Assembly (NCBI GenBank): GCA_964016885.1
Contig: OZ024743.1
Location: forward strand, 271,994,001 to 272,058,000
Reading direction: 5' to 3'
Origin: Eledone cirrhosa
Lineage: Eukaryota
Length of the DNA: 64,000 nt
The stretch's first letter is position 1. Each line of letters opens with the position of its first letter. Positions 1 through 11,899 of the stretch are shown piece after piece. The notes beneath the pieces were generated by a model. It did no database searches and was not told the DNA's origin. It saw only the letters and a program-made list of their open reading frames with translations. A program made the position numbers and the translations under genes.

Positions 1-1059
1 TGTCATGGCTTTGACAGAATTGAGGGTCCTCCTAACCCTTTGTTTAGCAAGCTTTCTATGGCAGAATGCCCTTCCTATCACCAACCACTTTACAACATCT
101 ACTGGGTGTGTTTATTGTGTAGATCACCAACACTAATGAGGCTGCCACTTCTTGACACAACTGAATGGTCTTGCCAACCCTTTGTTTGGCAAGCTTTCTA
201 CAGCTGTTTGCATAAATGTATACCCCACCCAATCCATACCAGCATGGAAAAAATTGCCATAAGAAAAGATTATATATATATGTGTGTGTGCATGCATGTG
301 TGTGTAGATACACATGTATGCATACGTATATATTAGGGTTGTACCAATTAATCGTTTTTGATAATCAGCCATTATTGTTTATTCTCATTATTATTGATAA
401 TATAAGAAACCATTATTGATATAACATGAAAACCATGAGTGATAGGAAAATTTGCAAAACACACTGAATTTAACATTTAGAGATACATAAGAAACATATT
501 TCCTTGAAAACATAATCTAAGCCCACTAGAAATTACTTGGGACTATATAGGGCGTATAACTCTCTGTAGGTTAAAGGGTGTCAAATTAGAAGACAGACCC
601 TTCTATCTGAAAGGATATGTATTTAATTGATCTTTTTAAAAGGAATTAATTTTAAAATTTATCCCTAAATTCCCACCCCCTCCTTGCCCAACCATGACAA
701 CATGAAAAACCTGGCTCACACCACAATACTACCAGTCATTATTCCCTAAGACCATCCCTCCATCCATGGGTTAGTAACAGGCAGCCTACATCCTGCTCAC
801 TCTCCCTACCCACTCTTTATCACGGTCCTTCCAGCCTGACCAAGAATACAAGTGCCCTAGGGTTCCACAATAAAAAGCACTTAGTCAACCCAGTCAGGTG
901 GTAGTGGTAATGCCATGAGAAAATGAACCTGGTACATGGCATGAAGTGGTTGGCATTAGAGAGGACATCCAGTCATAAAAACCAAGCCAAAATGGTTTCT
1001 ATTACTACCACGTCCAATCCTCTACAACAAACTCATCACAGTCAAGAGATCATGTGGTT

Positions 1060-1285
1060 GTATTATCATCAATTCTAAGCCCTAGGAACAATACACAGAA
1101 GACAGAAAAGCATGTTGATATATTAAAATTGGTGTAAAACATTTTGAAGAAAATCACTAGCGAATTGAGGACAATAAAAGGCTATGACCAACTCCAGCCA
1201 AGGCTACCAGCAAACATCAAATGTGACCCATGTGGACAATTTCCTTTGCAAAAATCGACTTTGCCAGTCACCAAAAGGCAGTCAT
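1060..1285 (+). mobile_element. Decayed RTE(BovB-like) LINE C-terminal fragment
   Basis: Interrupted translation gives ..EQYTEDRKA..IKIGVKHFEE..IEDNKR.. followed by a CxxC...H-type finger remnant (CDPCGQ..KIDFASHQK), as at RTE-BovB ORF ends. Confidence 0.5.
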
Positions 1286-1904
1286 AAATAAGGAAATTTA
1301 TAAGAAAGAAAAATATACAGGATATGAAGAAAAGCCACCGTCCTCAATAATCATAATTTTATACTTATTTCATGTTTTATCAAATTTTATGTGCATTTTA
1401 TGTTCTTGCACTTAATGTATGTCCTTGCATTTTATATAACTGTTTGTCAAACCTTGCATGTATTATAATCCCTATATTTATAATGTTTATTGTATTATAA
1501 GTCCAAGCCCTTGCGGCTAATGAAGAAATCATTATTATTGTTGTTATTATTATTTGAGGCTTTCTAATCCTCTCCCCCAACACACCTCCCTGGGGTTCTA
1601 ATCTCTCTCACATAGAAATCAAATTAGCTTTTATTTTTAGGCATTGCTTTCTTTTTACTGCAGCAATTACTAGTAGGATATTAGGATAATCATGTTTTTG
1701 ATTTTTATATTTTTTCTCTGAGGAGCTGATTTCATTACTGGCTGCTGGCAACACTGGCAGATTTTTGGCAGCCTGTTAACTCCTATTTCAAAATAATCTA
1801 AGCGAAATTAAATAAGTGTTTGCAATATCCGATACCTGTACGCAGTTACTGAGTGCTGTATGTTGGGCTTCTTTCGAAAATGATTATAATAATGGTTGCA
1901 TATC

Positions 1905-2125
1905 TTAGCCCTTTCATTACCATATTTCTAATGAAAGATATTGCTTATAATTTTCACATCATTTGGAAAATAATCAAGACTGGGGAGATATAGTAATATA
2001 ACTTTCTGATTATCAAGCTGGTGTTTGTAACATAACTTAACAATGGTGCTGACAAAATTATGATGGAAGGCTTTTGGATAAATATAAACATTTTAAAACA
2101 AACAGTTTTGTATCATAGAACCTTT
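1905..2125 (+). mobile_element. piggyBac-like MITE family 2 (decayed); further copies near 9050-9250(-), 21830-22150, 25900-26050(-), 34890-35045, 39177-39531, 40270-40450, 41220-41440(-), 54150-54370(-)
   Basis: Recurrent block 'attaagctggtgtttggaacataa...gatggaaggcttttagataaatataaaca'; the best copies begin with a TTAA-CCCTT..TTACCAT-like terminus. Confidence 0.55.
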
Positions 2126-2529
2126 TAAGGTTGATAAAGAATGTTCCAGTCTAGAGAGGTGGATTGGTGGAATCGCTTAGAGCATCAGACATGGTGTTTT
2201 GCCATATCTTATTTGGTACTCATGTTCTAAGTTTACCTGTGATATCAGTTGTGCCATGCTTTATCAACCAATATGCAAGTGTTCTAAGACTGCTGTCAAG
2301 TGATCATGTACACCCTCTCCTTTTTAGAACCAGAAGACTAACAAGCCACCCTTACCACTCTCTTCCTACCAAATGTGAAGCTTCAGGATTACCTCTATCA
2401 ATGTCAGCATGATGAAAGGCAGGTCTCTTTCTCCCCCTCTCCCCTCTCACACACATTAAATTATATATATTTCACATTTTTTTTAAAATTCACTTTCAAT
2501 TGCTGATTATTATTACTTTTTTGCAGGCT

Positions 2530-2700
2530 CTCCAAGACAGATGTGGTTGATGTTCAGTTTAAATTGTTGCAGGTTGACTCTCAAGCAGGGAAAGAATTCC
2601 AAGGGGATGATGTTCTGGGGAAGAAAGACTGGGTGTCATGGTTTGTGTAGGGCTTGGAGGCTTAAGCACAATATGAGTGAGAAGGGGAGAAACCCCATCA
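2530..2700 (-). mobile_element. 3' end fragment of a CR1/L2-group LINE
   Basis: Minus strand translates SFFPRTSSPWNSFPA..NLQQFKLNIN, matching the 'SFFPRT..WN.LP' C-terminal motif. Confidence 0.5.
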
Positions 2701-2715
2701 AGAATTCTAGCATTA

Positions 2716-2905
2716 TTTAGGATGGATTGGCAGTTTCGGTAGAGCATCAGACACCATGCTTTGCAGTATAGAGTTATGACCCTTTACGTTCTGAGTTTAA
2801 ATCCTATAGAGGTTAGCTTTGCATTTCATCCTTATGCAGTTGATAAAATAAAGCACCAGTAATGCACTGGGGTCGATTTAATCGACATTCCTCTCTCCCA
2901 AAATT
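2716..2905 (+). mobile_element. tRNA-derived SINE family A copy
   Basis: A-box-like 'tggcagtttcggtagag', B-box-like 'gagtttaaatcc', body '(g)ctttgcatttcatcc..gataaaataaagcaccag' shared with many copies. Confidence 0.75.
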
Positions 2906-3474
2906 TAGGATGGGTATTCACCGCAAGAGATGCTCAGTGATAGTGAGGGCTAGCATTCAGAGCAAACACAAGGGCTCTAACTGTGTACTATTCATCTTTA
3001 AAGGTGGTGAGATGCAGTGATGTTTTAATTCTATACACACAAACCAACAAAGCAAATGAACAATAAATGAATCAAATCTTTCACTCTCAGTCATTCAACT
3101 GGTCTGCAATAATACTGAGGCAATGCTCAAAGAGTTTCAGCAAACATATCGATCTGACTACTTATTTCAATTTATTACTTATTTAATCAATCTCTTTCCT
3201 ATACAATGTTGTGTATTATTGCTCATATATAAATAAATAAATGGAGGAAATTTGTAGTTTATAAAATCCCATATCAGTATCATCATTCAATGTCTGTTTT
3301 CCCTGCTAGCAAGCCAACCAGATATGTACTAGCTAGATAAGGGGCAAGTGGATTTGGAGGGTGAAAAATTGATTGAAATGAGGATATATTTATTACCCCA
3401 TCAAACATAGTGTCTGATACACACAAAAATGCCATCATCATTGTTTTATGGGTTACAAGATTATATATATATAT

Positions 3475-3789
3475 TGGTTCACGTCTGTGGTGAGGTGTAG
3501 AGCTAGACAGAGTGTAATATAATAATACAAGGACGATTTGTTATGCCTTCATTACATTTATTGATTAGTGATGTGCGTTTCGCTATTGATCATCTCATGG
3601 TTCGATCTGGCCTGACTCTGGGCCATGTATATTAATTCTGTCATTTCTACAACAGAGGTCCGACGAGCTTTTGATTCCAGAGCCAGGCCAGATTGACACA
3701 GATTGAACCTTGAACTGATCAATAGTGAGACGCGTGTCACCAATCAATCAACGTAATGAAGGCATAACAAATCATGCTTGTATTATTAT
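3475..3789 (-). mobile_element. Palindromic non-autonomous element 1 (inverted Penelope-like pLTR pair)
   Basis: Imperfect inverted arms 3519-3621 / 3677-3789; extra 44 nt tail 3475-3518 on one arm only; (TA)n on both flanks. Confidence 0.65.
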
Positions 3790-3869
3790 TATTATATATA
3801 TATATAAAAGAAATTATAAAAATATCTTAGTTAACTCCAACATATTTAAGCTGAAGAGCTACACTCCTA

Positions 3870-4190
3870 AGCCTGCTTAACTTTCAATGTATATCTAAGG
3901 GTTTGTCTATAAATATTCCGTTAAGATAGACTCCAACATGAAGGCCTATATCGCTATGATATCAAAACCCTTCAAGGCAAGATTTTATGTGTACACCCAA
4001 ACAAAACAAACTGAATGGCTCTAACCACACACATATGGAGCCTCAAGAGCAAATTTACAACTCAGCTGATAAGTCCTGTGAAGAGTGGAACCTTTCTCCA
4101 GGAAATCATGTGACCTTTGTACAGTTAACAGTATGGTGATTTTTTTATTGCCAAGGAACCGTTCCTGAATAAACTATCTGAATGTTTCCC
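3870..4190 (+). mobile_element. Decayed Penelope-like element GIY-YIG endonuclease fragment
   Basis: Frameshifted translation VYK..V....KAYIAMISKPFKARFY..LTTHIWSLK..CDLC..FLNKLSE matches the PLE GIY-YIG C-terminal layout (VY..YIG..FK.R..LS.YIW.LK..C.LC..LNKR.E). Confidence 0.55.
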
Positions 4191-4314
4191 CTTTTGTTTA
4201 CATAGGTCTGGCTACATATAAACATTTCAAGCTGATCAATTATTCTAATCATTGACCAATATGTTGATCTAGCTTTGCATTTATTTATCACTGTCCCCTT
4301 AAAAACTATTCCTT

Positions 4315-4910
4315 TGCTATATATTATGTATTTTCACTGTTTGGACATTTCCCCACTTGTTGACCAAACTCAGCCTCTTTTCTGACAATCTACCATAACA
4401 GATCAACAATCTACCTGGTTGCAATGTATTATATATTATTTATTTCAATGTCTGAATTTTTCTCTTCTTTTATTGTTGATCTAACTTTGTTTTTGTTTGA
4501 TAAGTCATAACTGCATGTTCACAAAATACTTGTGTGCTATGTATTAGGTACTATGGAATTCACTGCCTCATAGTTTCTCCTCTCATCAAGCTTTGACTCT
4601 TTACTAACTATCTACTACTGTAAGTATACAAACTAATTGTTTGCTAAGCTCTATATATTATATATTCCACTGTTGGAACGTTTTGCCCTGTCTTGCTGCT
4701 GACTTAACTCTGCCTTTTGTCTGACTTACTGCCACAAAACATTTACAGTCTAACTGGTTATTACATATTATCTATTTTACTATCTGCATGTTTTCTCTTC
4801 ATGTTCTAACTTCATCTTTTTTCTGACTACACTGCACATAGAAAAACAACCTGAGTGTTATATATTGTGTACTATTAACTTCACTGCCTGAATAATTTTC
4901 TCCTCATTGA
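4315..4910. repeat. Diverged tandem duplication, about 330 bp period
   Basis: 'ctatatattat.tatt..cactgtt.g.ac.ttt' at ~4317 and ~4651; 'gtactat..a.ttcactgcct' at ~4548 and ~4869. Confidence 0.6.
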
Positions 4911-5519
4911 CACAGAATTTCTGCTACATATAATCATTTCAAGGCCACCACTCACTCTGAAACTCATCATATCACCAACTCTTTCAGGTCCAGTTTGTTC
5001 ATGAGCATGTGTTTGCATGTGTTACTTACTATTATGAAGATCACCATCACTTTTTATCTATCTATATAATTAATTTTTCATGTTCCATATGCTTGTATTG
5101 AATTCAATATCCAGTTTGTTCATGCATATGCATGTGCAAGCTATTGTTACTATAACCATCATTATAACTATTTATTAATGTTTGATGTGCGTATATTTAA
5201 TTCAATATTTATCTTACATTTTTTTATAGCTAGCAGTATTCTATTCTATTCATTTATATTGTTAACTGGCTGGAAATTATTCAGTCTTGACCTTATTTTT
5301 ATTTTTATAAAGTCAAACAAAGAAAGCACAAGGTTTCCCCTGTCACCTGTAATTCTCCAACAGCAGCGCTCCTTACTTAGAATTGTCTTATATTTTATTT
5401 TTATTATTTTGCTATTTAAATTTCAATTACGTAATTAAACACTATTTATTTTAAGACATAAAATAATAAACAGGAAAAAAGAGAAAATTAAACAAAGGGG
5501 AAGGGAGGGGCAGACTCTA

Positions 5520-5800
5520 CACCCATAGCACTACCATCTTACAGAGTGGACTGGGTGCTTTTTGTTATGACACCAGCACTACCACCTTATGGGATGGACT
5601 GGGTGCTTATTATAATGGCACCAGCACTACCACCTAACAAGATGGACAGTGTGCTTTTTATCATAGCACCAACACTATCACCTTACAGGGTGGACTGGGT
5701 GCTTTTTATCATGGCACCAACACTACCACCTTATAGAGTGGAGTGAGTGCTTTTTATCATAGCACCAACACTACCACTTTACATAGCGACTGGATGCCTT
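5520..5800 (-). repeat. Tandem array of 48-bp units related to the RTE 3'UTR repeat
   Basis: About 6 units 'cac(c)agcactaccaccttacagggtggactgggtgctttttatcatgg'; overlapping ORF shows a 16-aa period; similar to 3'UTR units at 52010-52110. Confidence 0.75.
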
Positions 5801-5823
5801 TGTTGTTAATTACCTATAATAAT

Positions 5824-6010
5824 TGTTTCTACTTTTGGCACAAGGCCAGCAATTACCCAGTGCATTACTGGTACTTTATTTTATTGACCCCATAAGGATG
5901 AAAGGCAAAGTTAACCTCGACGGGATTTGAACTCAGAATGGCAAGGGCCGTAACTCTATGCGTCAAAGCATGGCGTCCGACCCTCTACTGATACTGCCAA
6001 TCCACTGCCC
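5824..6010 (-). mobile_element. SINE family A, full length, with 18-bp TSD
   Basis: TTAATTACCTATAATAAT at 5806-5823 and 6011-6028 flanks the element. Confidence 0.85.
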
Positions 6011-6304
6011 TTAATTACCTATAATAATACTACCTGCATATGCTTGCTATAGTGTGATATATTAGAAAGTATTAAATGGATTTTGTTATATTATTGACTA
6101 AAATCAATCAAGCTGAGACATAACTTCATTAGTGTAGAAAGTATTGATTAAAGAGGTTTGGCTGTAATAGTTTTTTTTATTTTTTAGTGAAAGACACATA
6201 GATGAACTGGAAAAAGAAAAGCAGGAGAGATAGTTGAGGGAGGACAGAAAGAGAACAAGGAGTGAGAGAGGCAGAGAGAACTTACTTCCTGAGCACACAA
6301 ATAG

Positions 6305-6365
6305 ATATGCATGCACACATATAATATATATACATATGTGTATATATATATATATATATATGTAC

Positions 6366-6416
<51 letters not shown>

Positions 6417-6487
6417 CATGTGTGTGTGTGTGTATATATATATAGGTATTTATATGTGCATTGAATTTATGTACATGTGTGTGTATG

Positions 6488-6537
<50 letters not shown>

Positions 6538-6620
6538 CATACATACATACATACATAAATTCAATGCACATATAAATACCTACATATATACATATATGTG
6601 TTTGCATGTGTCTGTATATA
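6305..6620. repeat. Compound (TA)n/(TG)n/(TACA)n microsatellite
   Basis: Direct reading. Confidence 0.95.
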
Positions 6621-6629
6621 TATTTTCTC

Positions 6630-6845
6630 AAAATAGCTGACTGAATACACGCATGCTATTTCTCAAAAAGGAAAAAATTCTTTTCCTTCCTCTTCTCACT
6701 ATCTTTCTATTTCATCTTTTATTTCTCATTCTATCTTCTGATGAAGGATTACAGTCCAAAACGTAAAGACTCTTTCCCTACTATATCAAGCATTAAACTA
6801 ATATATTTCTCTTTATTGGTCTGTGTTGTACCATTTACATTTTAC
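6630..6845 (+). mobile_element. Penelope-like pLTR remnant with minimal type-I hammerhead motif (6734-6769)
   Basis: TCTT-CTGATGA-A-GGAT-TACA-GTCC-AAAA-CG-TA-AAGA then ATTAAA; related copy at ~55965-56200; flanked by microsatellites. Confidence 0.65.
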
Positions 6846-7679
6846 ACACACACACACACACAGTTCATCATTCTCATCACCCTTTAACATCTAATTTCCA
6901 TTCTTGCATAGGTTAGATGTCTGTCAAATGTTATGGCACTTTTGTTGTGGCACCAGCACTATCTTAGTAGGCATAGGTGGGGGTTGGGGCTGAGATACAG
7001 ACATTGCACTGCTGGAGCAAGGGGGGGGGGGTCTTGAAACAAGTGGATGGTCTCTGACATATTGTGGGATGTGCCTGGTTTCCCTTGATGGTCTAAAAAG
7101 ATTTATATACTGCTTGGAAAATGTTGTTGGGTGACATATATTGTTTTGGATTATGCTTGGCTCTTCTAGGTTAGGAAAGAGTTGGGTGTACAAGGGTTCA
7201 GCAGGAGAGGGGGGTGAATCAGTGAAGGTTCATTCTAGCTTTCTATTTAGGCAAAGAGGTTGTGAGTATACAAGCAGAAAAGGATCTAAAAGTTGTTCTA
7301 TCTCTCTGCTTCTTCAAGTCTAGGGTGGAGGGTGGTGTGTAGTTTACCAGTGCAGTACTTTGAGGGGTGATGTTTCTTCTATATCACTTTCTCATTTCCT
7401 CTCGACTATTCCTCTTCTCTCCCCTTCTCTGGAAGAAACAGACTATGATAAAACCTGGAGAAGGGATAGACTCCATCAGCTATAAAATGTCCCAAATGTG
7501 CTGTATATCCCTATAACATCCCTACATCTCCATCAAGAGTTATGGGTCCACCATACATAGATATATGCCTAACAACAAAGTATAAAATGCTCATATCAAT
7601 AATATTGCACCAGCTGGTTATATACCTGGGAAATAACAATGCGTTACCAGAAGAATGAAAAGGGTGCCAGAAAGATACT

Positions 7680-7860
7680 TCCATTGGAGCATACTCAAGT
7701 CATTTCTTTCTAGCCTTTGCAGGTCTTCTGCAGTCAAGGCCCATGTTTCACTGCCATGTAAAATTGCAGTTCGCACACAGGCATTATAGAGTTTACCCTT
7801 CACTCAGGGTAAAGCCTTTTGTTGCCAGCAGTGGAAAACAACTCTCTAAATTTCTTCCAG
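7680..7860 (-). mobile_element. RTE LINE fragment (post-RT region)
   Basis: KGKLYNACVRTAILHGSETWALTAEDLQRLERND, homologous to the C-terminal part of ORF 49418-51850. Confidence 0.85.
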
Positions 7861-7872
7861 ATTATATATATA

Positions 7873-8170
7873 TCATCATTTAATGTCTGCTTTCCCTAGA
7901 AAGGGTTGAACAGGTCTACATAGACCAAGTCAGTACTGAAGCAGAGCTACTGACTTCTAGACAGGCTGAAGGATCTGTATCCCACTTACATATGGTCATA
8001 TCAAGTGCAGAGAAGAAGTTGTCATGTCTTGACACAAACTGAAGGGTCCTCCTAACCCATTGTTTGGAAAGCTTTCTATTGATGGATACACTTCCTAACC
8101 CCAACCACTTTATAGCATGTACTGGGTGCTTTTATTGTATAGATCACTGACACTACGATAGCTGTCTGAC
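7873..8170 (-). mobile_element. Old RTE-type 3'UTR/tail copy (related copy at 1-200)
   Basis: 'tcatcatttaatgtctgctttccc' tail and 'cttcctaaccccaaccacttta' motif; matches 1-140. Confidence 0.6.
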
Positions 8171-9321
8171 TCTCTATCTCCAAATGTATGCAAAAATGTA
8201 ACAAGACAAATATGCTTTCTCTAAGATAGTAAGTTAATACTAGCATATAATGATTATAATAATTCTGAGAAGATCTGTACAGTAAAAGAACCAAGGTATC
8301 AATTAACGTTCAAAATAAGAAAAGCAGAGAAATGGCAGACAGACACACACATTTATTCATAGACATTCACATATACAGACATAGTTATACATAGACACAA
8401 ACATACAGACATACTTATACACTGAGACACAAACATACTTACAGTTATGCACACACATGCATGCATTCATACACAGACACACACAGCATTATATACACAC
8501 ATACACTTATACATAGACACACACACTAAGTTATATAAACATGCTTACACAGTTATATACAGACATATACACTTGTACACAGAGAGGCACACACAGTTAT
8601 ACAATTACACAGACATATATATATATACAAACACATACTTATATACACACATATATTTATACATAACCACATACATACACAAATATAGGTCATAGTAATG
8701 GCCACAAATCATAAGGGAATTTCATATTTTAAATAAGCAATATTGAGAACAGACAGCAGAATATGAGAGACGATCAGGCAGAAAACATCGATCATATATA
8801 AATATATTAGCCAATGTTATAAGGAAACGTTAAAATCTTAATTTTGGCATCTTTAGTGCTGCGGAAATGGAACCAAGATGGCGAGAGAGAAAGAGAGAGA
8901 CAGAGAGTGAGAGAGCTAATTAACCCAATTTCAAACAAGATTTTGTGGAAAGTAACAAAAAATAGACTAATTCTGGTCAAAGAGCCAACAAGGGAGAGTT
9001 ACTACATTGTTGCTCATCATTGTAGAAATAGCAGCCAAATTTCCCTTAACCCACCTCACACAAAACTATCTGAAATCGCCCCTGGTTCAATGATACAAAG
9101 CTGTAAAGTGTTTATTTTTATCTAAAAACCTTCCATCAATGGTAACAAATGGGTTAAAATATTCATATCTATCTAAAAACCTATCTTAATTTTATGTAAA
9201 AACCTTTGTTAAGCAGAGCTCCAAACATCAGCTAAATAATAACAAAGAAAACTATCTTCTAGTCAACGGCTGGTGGCTATAGACAGCTTCAGTTCAATTT
9301 CTAGTACATCAGTTTCTACAA

Positions 9322-9515
9322 CAGGCATGGGCAACCTTTTTTGAGCAGTGGACTGCATGAGTTATAGTTCATCATAAGGTGGGCTGCATGAGATATAGCT
9401 CAAAATATGGTGTACTGCATGAGATATGGCTCAATATAAAGTGGCCACATGAGATATGGCTCATTATAGAGAGCTGCATGGGATGTGGCTGATTATAAGG
9501 TAGGTTGCATGGAAT
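9322..9515 (+). mobile_element. hAT(Charlie)-like terminus followed by a ~31-bp subterminal tandem repeat
   Basis: Starts CAGGCATGGGCAACC; about 6 units of 'ctgcatgagatatagctcaa.ata.gg'; no matching right TIR seen. Confidence 0.55.
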
Positions 9516-11899
9516 ATGTGATAGACAAAACAAAATAAAATATTTATAATTTCATGATATATAAGTGTTTCTACATTTGGCACAAGGCCAGTAATTTTGA
9601 TGGGAAGGTAAATTAAATCACCCTCAATGCATTACCAGTACTTTATTTTATCAACCATGTTAGAATGAAAAGCAAAGTTAACCTTGGCAATTGAAACTCG
9701 GAACGTAATGGGCCTTAACTCTATGTCGCAAAGCATATTGTCCAGTGCTCTACCAATATTGCCATTCCAATACATAATAATGAAATGAATAGAAGTTTTG
9801 AAAATATAAATTGTTATTAACTTAAAATACGATTTTAATAAATAAAACTTTATATTTGCAATAAATATACATAATCAATAAAAATAATACTGATAATGAA
9901 GGGAAGGGGAAACAGAATGTACAAAAATGTATTCCAATAGAATATATTTTCAATATCATCATCATTATTTTTTACATCTGCTTTTCCATGCTGATATGAG
10001 TTTGAATCAGATGTTCTGGGATGATCTTTTACAGCTGGACACCTTTCCTAACACCAACTCTTTTAGTCGCATCTTACAACATACTGGGTTACTGTATGCC
10101 TATTCTAAAGGCCAGAATATATATAAGTTAAATATTTATATAAATATTATGCTAGTATCTCATTTGCTATCAAAATGGTAGAAGCTTAACCAAAGGGCAG
10201 AGAAACCTCATAATGATATTTACATCCTACTTTTCTTAAGTATAGAGTACTAAGTTGAATAGTGGTCTTATTGGTCTCAACAAGTAACATCTCATCCATC
10301 TATATATAAATATATGAAAAATAAATAAACATTAAAATTAACTTATACAAAAGTTCTTTGTGCATAAGTACCAAACTTACAAGTCTAAGTACTAAATAAG
10401 TAGTGGGTTTGATAAGATCAACTAAATCCCTTGAAAGTGGTGCACCCAGCAAGTATGTAAATATGTATGGACACATAACTCCTGATGAAGTCATAGGGGT
10501 GCTGTAGTGACATATGGCATGTCTTGGCTATTTTAAACTTGACAGAGCCAATTCCCCTCCAGCTCTGAATGCAGCTGATTTTTTTCCAGAGGAGAGAGAG
10601 AGAGTGATAGAGAGCAAGTGAGAAAAAGATATAGAGGAAGAATCAGCCCCTGTACTAGACAGGTACTTTTGTGTTTTGACCTTGAAAGGATGAAAAGCAA
10701 AATTGACCTCATCAGGATTTGAACTCAGAGCACAGAAAACCAGACCGAATACTGCAAAACATTCTATCTAATGTTCTCACAAATCTGCCAAATTTCCACC
10801 TGTCCCAAGCGTCACTGCAGTCTTATGACTGACACTAGTAAAAAGAAAAAAAGAAAAATAAATACCACCCCCACCAGCAATAACAACAACAAGCATTTCA
10901 AGGCCCATCTTCCCCTACCTAAGCATAGGCTAACTTTAAAGGCCCTAAAGCAAGCTTTATACTCATTGGCAAACCTGTATAAAAATAAAAAGAAAAATTA
11001 TTGGCACTTAATTCATCAATTCAAGAGTATTCAAAAGAAACAGAAAAAAAACCCTGGCGGGATTTCAAAGGAGGAAGAGTGGAAAGGGGTGAAAATAAAA
11101 ACTGGAAAGCATTAGAGTCTGATGGGGTGTATCTTTTTTTGTTTTGCTTGTTTGTTTGTTGTTTTTGTTGTATGTTTAGTTTTATTGCCAAGACAGCATA
11201 CTTACATTTTCAATATGATAGCTACAGCAATTATTGTTTTTGGTTTTTGTTTTTAAATTATTATTTATTTTTCATTCATTTACTCATTCGATTGTCTTTC
11301 TTTCTATCTTACTCCACCCCACATACAACCATTCTTATTTGTGTGTGTGTGATGTGTGTACATGTATGCACGTGTATGTGTGAATGGATGTATGTGTGTG
11401 TATATACATGTATATATGTGTGTCTGTATATATATGTGTATGTGAGTATGTGTGTGTGTGTCTATATATATATGTAAGTGTGTGAGTGTGTGTGTGTATG
11501 TGTAAAGGTGAGTAGAAAAGACCCCAGTGAAGTGTGGCAGGAAATTGTATAAGAATGGTTTTAAAAAAGAGAGTAAGAGAAAAAAGGAAAGACAAAAAGA
11601 GACAAAGAGAGAGGGAGACATGCAGAGAGAGGGAGACATGCAGAGAGAGGGAGACAGAGTCAGAGAGAGAGTCAGAGAGAGAGAGGGAGAGAGACAGGCA
11701 GTGAGAGAGACATGCAGAGAGAGAGAGATGGAGAGAGATAATAAGAGAAAAGGGAAAGGGAAAATGAGGGAGAGAGAGAGAGATGATATTGATACATGAT
11801 ATGGTGAGAGTGATTGAATACAAAGAGAGCAATGATGGTGGGGGTGGGGGTGTATGATGGTGGAGGTGTATGGAGGGGGGGATATTATGGTGTATGCGT

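Noticed and set aside
334-1908. Large hAT-like element from TAGGGTTGTACC.. to ..GGTTGCATATCTTA
   Set aside because: Putative TIR match too weak and no TSD visible
5520-5800. CRISPR-like regularly spaced repeats (also 9350-9515, 26710-26960)
   Set aside because: Whole units are repeated with no unique spacers, no cas genes, eukaryotic TE-derived context
10478-10580. CTGATGA as a hammerhead core
   Set aside because: No downstream GAAA/stem III; related copies at ~30781 and ~40930 lack the motif; appears to be part of an antisense SINE-associated repeat
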